DNA of 64,000 nucleotides from Longimicrobiales bacterium (GTDB taxonomy: Bacteria > Gemmatimonadota > Gemmatimonadetes > Longimicrobiales > Gaopeijiaceae), in assembly GCA_965116905.1 (NCBI GenBank), contig OZ220732.1, forward strand, positions 3,136,001 through 3,200,000. The letters run 5' to 3'. The number at the start of each line of letters is the position of its first letter. The stretch's first letter is position 1. Shown piece by piece: positions 40,553 through 48,318 of the stretch. Below the pieces are notes generated by a model. That model saw only the letters and a program-made list of their open reading frames with translations. It had not been told where the DNA came from and did not search any database. The translations under genes and the position numbers were made by a program.

Positions 40553-41865
40553 CGCGGCAGGGTGGGGGCGGAGCGGGTACGCCAAGGGGAAAGCCGGCAG
40601 CGCCCGGTCACGTCCTGAGCGAGAGCGTTCGCGTAGCCTTCGACGCCCTGCGGGCCAACTGGATGCGTACGCTGCTGGCGGTGTTGGGCGTGGGGATCGG
40701 AGTCGGGGTCGTCGTCACGGTGGCTGCGATGGTGAGTGGGATCCGCAGCGAAGTCATGGAGGTTTTCGAGGCGTCCGAGCCGGGGAGTTTCACGATCATG
40801 CCCTTCGACTTCACCGACGTCCGGATTTCCGCCGACGGCTCCGGCAGACCGCCGTGGTGGGACCGGCCCGAGATCAGCAACCGTGAGATACGGAGGGTCC
40901 AGACCCTGCCCGGTGTCGCGGAAGCGACCGCCAGGTATGAATTCAGCGCCACGATGCGGTATGAGTCGGACTGGATCAGGGGCATCCAGTGGGTCGGCAA
41001 TTCGAGCGGATGGGCGACGTTCACCGGAGGGGATTTCATCGCGGGCCGGGACTTCACGCCGGCCGAGGTCGCACAGGCAAGAGGCGTAGTCGTGGTGTCG
41101 GAAGATCTGGCGGAGACGGTCTTCGGCGAGCTGGATCCGATCGGGAAGCGAGTGCGCGTAAACGCGGGCCGCAGGGCCGCGAACGAGCAATTCACCGTCG
41201 TCGGCGTTTTCAGGCCCATCGATAACCTCTTCGGGGACGTCTCGGATCACTTCGCGGTCGTGCCCTTCACTGCGGCGGACAAGCGGCTCAAGGCCCGTAC
41301 GCGGTGGAACTTCATGATGGTCCAGGTCGCCCCCAGGGGCGGCGTCGAATCGAGCGACGTCGAAGATCAGGTCGTGTCGGCGCTCCGCTCGATGCGTAGC
41401 CTCGGACCCGCCGACGAGAACAACTTCGCCATCATCCGCAGCGAACAGATCATCGACCTGTTCAACCAGTTCACGGCCATGTTCTTTATTGTGATGGTGG
41501 CGCTTTCCTCGATCGGCATGCTGGTGGGAGGGATCGGTGTGGTCGGGATCATGCTCATTTCGGTCACGGAGCGCACGCGGGAGATCGGCATCCGCAAGGC
41601 GATCGGGGCGACCGGCCGCGAGATCAAGTCGCAATTCCTGATCGAAGCGTCGCTGCTCACCGCTGCCGGCGGAGCGGCCGGGCTCCTGGTCGGATGGGGA
41701 GCCTCCGAACTGCTCGCCGCGCTGACACCGCTACCGGCGCGGATCCCGATCTGGTCGGTGTTCGCCGCGCTTTCCGTAGCTGCCCTCACCGGTATTCTCT
41801 TCGGACTGCTTCCGGCTTTGCGAGCCTCCAGGCTCGACCCCGTCGACGCCCTCAGGTACGAGTGA
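40549..41865 (+). CDS. ABC transporter permease (MacB/FtsX-like), second paralog
   Basis: VGGIGVVGIMLISVTERTREIGIRKAIGA, RLDPVDALRYE; ATG overlaps upstream stop. Confidence 0.94.
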   Translation: MTRQGGGGAGTPRGKPAAPGHVLSESVRVAFDALRANWMRTLLAVLGVGIGVGVVVTVAAMVSGIRSEVMEVFEASEPGSFTIMPFDFTDVRISADGSGRPPWWDRPEISNREIRRVQTLPGVAEATARYEFSATMRYESDWIRGIQWVGNSSGWATFTGGDFIAGRDFTPAEVAQARGVVVVSEDLAETVFGELDPIGKRVRVNAGRRAANEQFTVVGVFRPIDNLFGDVSDHFAVVPFTAADKRLKARTRWNFMMVQVAPRGGVESSDVEDQVVSALRSMRSLGPADENNFAIIRSEQIIDLFNQFTAMFFIVMVALSSIGMLVGGIGVVGIMLISVTERTREIGIRKAIGATGREIKSQFLIEASLLTAAGGAAGLLVGWGASELLAALTPLPARIPIWSVFAALSVAALTGILFGLLPALRASRLDPVDALRYE

Positions 41866-42587
41866 GCGCGCCGCTCGATGTTCTCGCCGTCATGGCGCAT
41901 CCGGATGACGCCGAGATCTTCTGTGGGGGATCGCTGATCAAGTCCGCGGACGCCGGACAACGAACCGGCGTGCTCGACCTTTCCGCCGGCGAAATGGGGT
42001 CGAGCGGGACCCGGGAGTCCCGCGCGGCCGAAGCGGCCAGGGCCGCCGAGGTCATGGGCCTTGCGGTGCGCCGCTGTGCCGGTCTCCCCGACGCCGCGCT
42101 GTGCAACGACCTGGACTCCAGGCACACGGTCGCAGGACTGATCCGCGCACTGCGGCCCCGAGTCATCGTGACGCACTGGACGCGGGGACGTCACCCGGAT
42201 CATCGTGCTGCAGCCCATCTTGCCCGGGATGCCGCCTTCCTGTCGGGGTTGCGCAACCTTCCCGTCGAGGGCGAGCCACACAGGCCGGAGAAGATCGTCC
42301 ATGCCCTTTCGTTCCGCGAGGACCCGGTCAAGCCGACCTTCGCCGTGGACATTACGGAGCAGATGGACCGCAAGATCGAGGCGTTGTCGGCCTACGGCAC
42401 ACAGTTCCGGGGCAAGAGCGGGATCGGCGAGGTGTTCCCGGCCGGTGACCGTCCTCTCTTCGAGCAGATCCGAAGCGTGCACGCCACCTACGGGTCATTG
42501 ATCCGTCGCGCCTACGCCGAAATCTACTGGACCGAAGAGACCGTCGAGACGGAAACGCTGGGAGACCTCGGAGTCAGCACCTTCTAG
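41862..42587 (+). CDS. bshB1: Bacillithiol biosynthesis deacetylase (PIG-L/LmbE family)
   Basis: AHPDDAE, DLSAGEMGSSGT, RHPDH, VDIT, AYGTQF. Confidence 0.85.
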   Translation: MSAPLDVLAVMAHPDDAEIFCGGSLIKSADAGQRTGVLDLSAGEMGSSGTRESRAAEAARAAEVMGLAVRRCAGLPDAALCNDLDSRHTVAGLIRALRPRVIVTHWTRGRHPDHRAAAHLARDAAFLSGLRNLPVEGEPHRPEKIVHALSFREDPVKPTFAVDITEQMDRKIEALSAYGTQFRGKSGIGEVFPAGDRPLFEQIRSVHATYGSLIRRAYAEIYWTEETVETETLGDLGVSTF

Positions 42588-42592
42588 TGACA

Positions 42593-42625
42593 CCGGCGGG
42601 CCCCTCACGGTGAGGAGCCCGCCGG
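42593..42625. terminator. GC-rich hairpin between convergent bshB1 and peptide cassette
   Basis: ccggcgggc-c-cctca-cgg-tgagg-a-gcccgccgg (14-bp stem, one mismatch); no clear U-tract. Confidence 0.6.
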
Positions 42626-42672
42626 ATACGTCGCCGCCACCCTGGACCGGCGTTTTCTTCCGGCCCGGTGGA

Positions 42673-42921
42673 TCACATGATCGGACCCGGTGGCGAGAAC
42701 CCGTTACAGCACCAGGGCATCCCGGGCATACACGGGATCGGCACACAGATGACCCAGGTGCCCATTCGCACCTCCCACCACTGGCCGGCGGCCGGTGCCG
42801 CGGCAGCCGAATCATATGCTCCCGTCCCGGGAGCGGAAACCAACAGCGCCGCCGTAACGCCCGCGATCTTCGCGGCTCTGGCCGCGGTGGTCGCCAGGCG
42901 CTCCATTACTTTGACTTGCAT
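42673..42921 (-). CDS. Secreted Cys-rich peptide 3 (82 aa)
   Basis: MQVKVMERLATTAARAAKIAGVTAALLVSAPG...AAGQWWEVRMGTWVICVPIPCMPGMPWCCNGFSPPGPIM; GGAAGGGTG RBS. Confidence 0.8.
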   Translation of the reverse strand: MQVKVMERLATTAARAAKIAGVTAALLVSAPGTGAYDSAAAAPAAGQWWEVRMGTWVICVPIPCMPGMPWCCNGFSPPGPIM

Positions 42922-42968
42922 GACAATCACCCTTCCGCGGGAACAATCCCGCCGTTTATCCTCCGTGC

Positions 42969-43217
42969 TCAGAACAGGACGGGACCGCAACAGGTCGGGG
43001 CACCGCCACACGCGTAGTGGGTGCATATCTTCAGCACCCCAAACCAGACGACGAGCTTGTGGGGCCCCGACTGGGCGCTCGCTACGGTTTCAACCGGCAC
43101 GCCGCCGTCCGGTAGCGCCGGCACGACTGCTGTCAGCGCCGCGACCATACCCAACACCTTCACGCCCGCGCGTACCCCCCGCGTGCGGCCTGCAACTCTT
43201 CCGAATGTCTTTGGCAT
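42969..43217 (-). CDS. Secreted Cys-rich peptide 2 (82 aa)
   Basis: MPKTFGRVAGRTRGVRAGVKVLGMVAALTAVVPA...ASAQSGPHKLVVWFGVLKICTHYACGGAPTCCGPVLF; AAAAGGGAAGAGGAA upstream of ATG. Confidence 0.8.
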   Translation of the reverse strand: MPKTFGRVAGRTRGVRAGVKVLGMVAALTAVVPALPDGGVPVETVASAQSGPHKLVVWFGVLKICTHYACGGAPTCCGPVLF

Positions 43218-43234
43218 TTCCTCTTCCCTTTTTG

Positions 43235-43471
43235 TTAGAAGTGAGGGTTCTCGTAGCAACACCAGCCACCCCAGCAAACCCCCCAACAGATGCGTAGCTT
43301 CCCCATCCCGATTACGTGTTCCCATATCTGCTCGCCAGCCGCTTCTGCCCCGGCCGCCACGGCCGGAACCTTCGCCGCCGGTGCGCCCGCGGAGAACGCG
43401 ACCGCTGCTCCCATGATCGCCGCGCGCACCAACCAAGCACGGCGCACAACACGTCTCTTGCTTCCCTTCAT
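43235..43471 (-). CDS. Secreted Cys-rich peptide 1 (78 aa)
   Basis: MKGSKRRVVRRAWLVRAAIMGAAVAFSAGAPAA...[48 protein letters not shown]. Confidence 0.82.
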   Translation of the reverse strand: MKGSKRRVVRRAWLVRAAIMGAAVAFSAGAPAAKVPAVAAGAEAAGEQIWEHVIGMGKLRICWGVCWGGWCCYENPHF

Positions 43472-43535
43472 CGTCGAACTCCTTCTCTTTCGAGTGTCAA
43501 AAGACCGAACTCAAGGATCGGTCCGCGTCGTCAAC

Positions 43536-44099
43536 TCACCGAATTGCACCCATCACGCGTCTCTTGAGAAACCCCTCCAGCCCAAGCGAGTCCGTGGCCG
43601 AACGCCAATCCTCGGCTTCGCTCGTGGGGAGCACCGCCTCGACAATGCCAAATCTGTTCGTGACGTAGAACAGGCCCGTCTCCGCCCGTCCGAACGCTCG
43701 GACATAGTCGGATCGACTACGCACTTCGGTCCTCGCTGAAACCCGCTGGGAGCGGAGAAAGCCCGCGACCAGGTCGCGATCCGCATCCCCGCGCTCCCCC
43801 ACCGCCACCGCAACCACCTCGAGGCGGTCGCCCAGGCGATGCTGGAGCGCACGCACCGCTCTCGCGGGGTCCGTGAGCGTGCATCCCAGGCACTCCCTGG
43901 CGTCGAAAACCCACACCAGCACCGGACCGCGTCCAGAGAACCCCAGCCCAGGCAGAGCGTCACCAATGCCGGGGGCACCTCCGTCCCGCGACGAACATGC
44001 CGCGACCATGCTGGCAAAAAGGAGCATGGCGGCAGCCCGATGCGTGGCGAGGCCAGCCGCGCAGGTGCGGCCTCCGCGTACAACGACGGACCGCGTCAT
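43536..44099 (-). CDS. Thioredoxin-like (CxxC) lipoprotein
   Basis: Lipobox MVAA-C; GPVLVWVFDARECLGC; LEVVAVAVG strand; ATGA overlap with upstream gene stop. Confidence 0.72.
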   Translation of the reverse strand: MTRSVVVRGGRTCAAGLATHRAAAMLLFASMVAACSSRDGGAPGIGDALPGLGFSGRGPVLVWVFDARECLGCTLTDPARAVRALQHRLGDRLEVVAVAVGERGDADRDLVAGFLRSQRVSARTEVRSRSDYVRAFGRAETGLFYVTNRFGIVEAVLPTSEAEDWRSATDSLGLEGFLKRRVMGAIR

Positions 44100-45247
44100 G
44101 GCTGCACACCACCCTTCCAACGCGCCACCAGCCACCGATTCGGCAGTACCGAGGCGGGATCATCGAAGTAGAACAGATCCTGCTCCACGGCCAACAGTTG
44201 CGGCATGTTGGCCGCACCCAGCAGTTGCCGCCCCTCCCGGTCGATGATCAGCACATCCCACACGGCATCCATGCCTCGCGACTGCATGGACGTCACCACC
44301 AGACTGCCGTCATCAAGAACGGACACCCCGAACACCTGAGTGAACCGGTCAAGGGCGTCCCCGCCGGCGTCGGCATCCGGGATGCTCTCCCCGACCCTGG
44401 GCAGGGTGCCCATGGGCCTCACCACCGGAAGCGGGATCTCCTCCAGTCGATCCCCTTGGCGGTTGAACTTGTAGAGGGTGTCCGACAGCGCCCACCCGGC
44501 CCAGATCGTATCCGCTTCCAGCGCAGCGAAGGCGCCCTGAAACGTGAGAGCGTAGCCGAGGGATTCCTCCGGCACCCCCATGGGAAGAAAACTGCGTTCG
44601 ATGTCCCCCGTACGGCGGTTCCAGATGTGAAGAAGACTCGGTGCCCCTTCAGCCTGCAGCGTGCCGGTCAGCAGATACCGATCTTCGCCGAGATCGTGTG
44701 CTCCCTGCACCGCGGTGATCGGCGACACGACGATATCGGGGTCCCCACCGGAAGCCGGGAAGAATGTCAGCCGGGCAAGCTGGAGGTCCGCGACCACGAT
44801 GCCGCCATCGAGGGTTCGGTGGGCCGTCAGCGGGAACAGAAACTCTCCCGGCCCCTCGCCCCTGCTACCCACAACGCGCCGCAGACGCCCATCGGTGCCG
44901 TAGACGTTGACCTGGCCCTCCATCGGCTCCGCCAACAGGAATGTGCCGTCTCCACCGAGGTTGACCATCGGCTGCACCATCATGGCCTCGTCGGTCTCTT
45001 CCAGCTCGAGTTCGGAGACCACTTCGAATGCCTCGTGGAACGCGGCCATGTCGACCAGCTCCGGAGGCGCGGCAGGATCGGGCGGTGGCGGAGGAGGATC
45101 GGTATCGGCCGTGTCGCAGGCCAACGCCGCCAGCAACAGGAGGAAACCGGGGACCTGGCCAGGGATTGTATAGGGCTCGCCCATGTATCGGGCGGCGCAA
45201 CCGGATCGGGTCTTCTGGCGGTTCCGGCGGTTCTCCGGCATCGGCAT
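44096..45247 (-). CDS. 6-bladed beta-propeller (NHL/TolB-like) lipoprotein
   Basis: Lipobox LAALA-C, poly-Pro tether, VNVYGTDGRLRRVVGSRGEGPGEF motif; GGAGGGAG RBS before ATG 45247 (alternative start 45184). Confidence 0.82.
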   Translation of the reverse strand: MPMPENRRNRQKTRSGCAARYMGEPYTIPGQVPGFLLLLAALACDTADTDPPPPPPDPAAPPELVDMAAFHEAFEVVSELELEETDEAMMVQPMVNLGGDGTFLLAEPMEGQVNVYGTDGRLRRVVGSRGEGPGEFLFPLTAHRTLDGGIVVADLQLARLTFFPASGGDPDIVVSPITAVQGAHDLGEDRYLLTGTLQAEGAPSLLHIWNRRTGDIERSFLPMGVPEESLGYALTFQGAFAALEADTIWAGWALSDTLYKFNRQGDRLEEIPLPVVRPMGTLPRVGESIPDADAGGDALDRFTQVFGVSVLDDGSLVVTSMQSRGMDAVWDVLIIDREGRQLLGAANMPQLLAVEQDLFYFDDPASVLPNRWLVARWKGGVQP

Positions 45248-45395
45248 CGTGCCACTCCCTCCGTTGGTGGTGGCGGGGCGGGTTCGTTTCGGCTTGACCC
45301 CAAGATCGACCGACCAACGGGACACAGGGATAGCTGGATGGGACAATCGGACACCTGGCCCGATTCGGGAGGCGGCGATGGGGGGAAAAGGCCCC

Positions 45396-46772
45396 CTACT
45401 CCGGGATGTGTACCCCCTCCTGGCGCAGCCAGCCCTCCATGGTCGCCCGGATATCCCGCAGGCGCTCCGCGTTCGCGGCTTCGAAGCGCGCCACAATCAC
45501 GGGCTGCGTGTTCGAAGCGCGGATCAGCCCCCATCCGTCACCGAACTGCACGCGCACACCATCCACGGCAACCGTGTCGTAGCGGGCGCTGAAGTGCCGG
45601 ACGGCACGTTCCACGAGCGGGAACTTGTCTTCCTCCGCGACCTCGATCCTCAGTTCCGGCGTCACGACGTAGGCTGGCAACCCCTCGACGATCTGCGACA
45701 GCGGCCGGCCGTCGTCAGCGAGCATGACCGCGAGCCGGCACGCGGCATAGAGGGCGTCGTCGAAGCCGTAGTAGTCGTCGGCAAGGCAGATGTGTCCGGA
45801 AAGCTCCCCCGCCACCAGCGCCCCCGTCTCCTTCATCCTCTCCTTGATCAGCGAGTGCCCGGTCTTCCACATCAGGGGCTCGCCTCCGGCACGCGCGAAC
45901 TCCTCGGGAAGGACCTGCGAGCACTTCACGTCGAAGACCAGACGCTGACCGATGCCGTTGCGCAGCAGCACGTCGAGGCCGAACAGCAGAAGGAGGATGT
46001 CGCCCCGTACGATGTTCCCCCGGTCGTCCACAACCCCGATGCGGTCGGCGTCGCCGTCGAAGCCGATGCCCACGTCGGCCCGATGTTTGCGCACCTCGGT
46101 GACCAGGTCCTGGACGTACTCGTCCACGGTCGGATCCGGGTGATGATTGGGGAAGGTCCCGTCCGATTCGCAGTAGAGCGGAATCACCTCCAGGCCGATG
46201 GCTTCCAGCAGCTGTTGCGCGACCACTGAACCGGTCCCGTTCCCACAGTCGACGACAGCCCTCAGCGGACGTGAGAGCCGGAAGCGGCCGGACACATCGG
46301 CCACGTAGGCGCGGAGCGGGTTCACACGCTCGCACGACCCGGTCCCCTCGGTCAGATCCGACTCCAGAATGCGACGCCGCAGGCGCTGGATGCCGTCGCC
46401 GTGGATGGACGCCTTGCCCATGGTCATCTTGATGCCGTTGTACTCGGCCGGATTGTGGGAACCGGTGATTTGTACGGCCCCGATCGTCGCGAACTCGTAT
46501 TCGCTGAAGTAGGTGACGGGCGTCGGCACCGTGCCGAGCTGGAGGACTTCGCATCCCGCCGATCGCAGGCCCCGGACCAGAGCGGCCCGCAACCCGGGTG
46601 ACGAAGGTCGGTTGTCCTCACCCACGGCGACACGCGGCGCGGTACCCGGGAACTTCGCGCGCACCTCCGACCCGTAGGCCCTTCCCACAGCCTCCGCGAG
46701 CTCAGGGGTCAGATCGGTCCCCACGATGCCCCGAATGTCGTACTGCCGGAAGACGTGGTCCGCCAGGTGCAT
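45396..46772 (-). CDS. Phosphomannomutase/phosphoglucomutase
   Basis: FRQYDIRG, ITGSHNP, FPNHHPDP, FDGDADR, GELSGH, RASNT. Confidence 0.95.
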   Translation of the reverse strand: MHLADHVFRQYDIRGIVGTDLTPELAEAVGRAYGSEVRAKFPGTAPRVAVGEDNRPSSPGLRAALVRGLRSAGCEVLQLGTVPTPVTYFSEYEFATIGAVQITGSHNPAEYNGIKMTMGKASIHGDGIQRLRRRILESDLTEGTGSCERVNPLRAYVADVSGRFRLSRPLRAVVDCGNGTGSVVAQQLLEAIGLEVIPLYCESDGTFPNHHPDPTVDEYVQDLVTEVRKHRADVGIGFDGDADRIGVVDDRGNIVRGDILLLLFGLDVLLRNGIGQRLVFDVKCSQVLPEEFARAGGEPLMWKTGHSLIKERMKETGALVAGELSGHICLADDYYGFDDALYAACRLAVMLADDGRPLSQIVEGLPAYVVTPELRIEVAEEDKFPLVERAVRHFSARYDTVAVDGVRVQFGDGWGLIRASNTQPVIVARFEAANAERLRDIRATMEGWLRQEGVHIPE

Positions 46773-46803
46773 CGGGGCGCGGCGTCCGCTTTCGGAACTC
46801 AGC

Positions 46804-48315
46804 TCAGGGACCCGCCGCGGCGGCCGTCCCGCCCACGGCATCCCTGAGGCCGTCGACGGAACCCGCTGCCAGATCCAGGGCCGCGCCGGGGAACAGTCCG
46901 CCCAGAATGATCAGTGCCACACCGATGACAAGGACGATGTGGGTTGCCAGGGGAGTGACGGCCGCCGCACCCGGCCCGTCCGCCGCACCCGGCTCCTTCA
47001 TCCACATGTACCAGGCGACGCGCAGGTAGTACCAGTAGGAGACGACCGTGGTGAGGACGAGGATCACCGCCAACACCCACAGCCCTGCCTCGGCGGCGCC
47101 CAGCAGCAGGTAGTACTTGGCGATGAAGCCGGCAGTCCCGGGGAAGCCGGCCAGGGACAGCAGGAAGACGGTCATCAGGAGCCCGAGCAGGGGCCGCTGC
47201 CATCCGAATCCCGTGTAGTCCTCGATCCTGGAGTTGCTCTCGCCCTGATTGCCGACGGTGACCACGATCGCGAAAGCGCCGATGGTCATGATCGTGTAGA
47301 CCAGGAGGTAGAAGAGGAGTCCCGCCGCAGCCGCGTCGTTCGCGGCAACCAGCGCCACCATCAGATAGCCGCCGTGGGCGATCGACGAGTAGGCCAGCAT
47401 GCGCTTGACGTTGGACTGCACGACGGCGATGACGTTCCCCAGGACCATCGTGACCGCGGCGATCCACCAGAGGATGGTCCACCACTGGTCGTACAGGCCG
47501 TCCAGGCCAACCAGGAATACGCGGAGAAACGCCATGAACGCGGCCGCCTTGACGGATGCAGCCATGAACGCGGTGACCGGGGTCGGCGCGCCCTCGTAGA
47601 CATCGGGCGTCCACATGTGGAATGGCACGGCGGACACCTTGAAGGCGAATCCGATCGCCAGCAGCGCCACTCCCGGGCCCATGAGGGTGCCCACGGCCGT
47701 GCCGTTGCGAACGACATCGGCGACCACTGCGATGTTGGCGCTCCCCGTCGCGCCGTACACGAGGGCAATCCCGAACAGCAGGAACCCGCTGGCGAAAGCG
47801 CCGAGCAGGAAGTACTTCAGCCCCGCCTCGGCCGACCGCCGGTCGCGGCGATTGAAGCCCGCCAGCGCATAGACGCCGATCGACATGAGCTCCAGCCCGA
47901 GGAAGATCACCATCAGGTCCCGGGCCGAAGCCATGAACATCATTCCCACGGCGGCAAACAGGATCAGGGAATAGTACTCCCCGGCCTGGAGCTTCTGCCG
48001 CGCGACGTACGGCAGGGAGACGACGATCGCGAGGCCGGCTCCGAGGAGAAAGATCCAGTTGGCGAAGAGACGGAAGCGGTCGACGGCGATCATTGCCGTG
48101 GCGCCCTCTTCGGCAACCCCGAAGTACAGCCACCCGTTTGCCAGCGCGGCAAAGGCCAGACCGGCGATCGCGAGCCAGCCGAGTTCCAGGCCCGATCCGG
48201 CCAGCTGTTTCCGGGACACCCCCGCGATCAGTATCCCCATCCCCCAGACCGAGAGCACCACCTCGGGCAGCAGTGCAAGGAGGTAGTGGGCTCCGGACGA
48301 GTAGTCGAGCAGCAC
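46804..48315 (-). CDS. nuoN: NADH-quinone oxidoreductase subunit N
   Basis: EAGLKYFLLG, FKVSAVPFHMWTPDVYEGAP, KRMLAYSSIAHGGY. Confidence 0.97.
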   Translation of the reverse strand: MLLDYSSGAHYLLALLPEVVLSVWGMGILIAGVSRKQLAGSGLELGWLAIAGLAFAALANGWLYFGVAEEGATAMIAVDRFRLFANWIFLLGAGLAIVVSLPYVARQKLQAGEYYSLILFAAVGMMFMASARDLMVIFLGLELMSIGVYALAGFNRRDRRSAEAGLKYFLLGAFASGFLLFGIALVYGATGSANIAVVADVVRNGTAVGTLMGPGVALLAIGFAFKVSAVPFHMWTPDVYEGAPTPVTAFMAASVKAAAFMAFLRVFLVGLDGLYDQWWTILWWIAAVTMVLGNVIAVVQSNVKRMLAYSSIAHGGYLMVALVAANDAAAAGLLFYLLVYTIMTIGAFAIVVTVGNQGESNSRIEDYTGFGWQRPLLGLLMTVFLLSLAGFPGTAGFIAKYYLLLGAAEAGLWVLAVILVLTTVVSYWYYLRVAWYMWMKEPGAADGPGAAAVTPLATHIVLVIGVALIILGGLFPGAALDLAAGSVDGLRDAVGGTAAAAGP

Positions 48316-48318
48316 GCG

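Noticed and set aside
42673..43471. Classifying the peptides as lanthipeptide, ranthipeptide, bufferin or lasso precursors
   Set aside because: No cognate modifying enzymes in the window, no double-Gly leader, and the Cys pattern differs
43495..43500. TTGACA upstream of peptide 1 as a -35 box
   Set aside because: No -10 at proper spacing; it would collide with the RBS and start codon
42588..45395. Cassette as a mobile element
   Set aside because: No integrase, transposase, tRNA or flanking direct repeats seen
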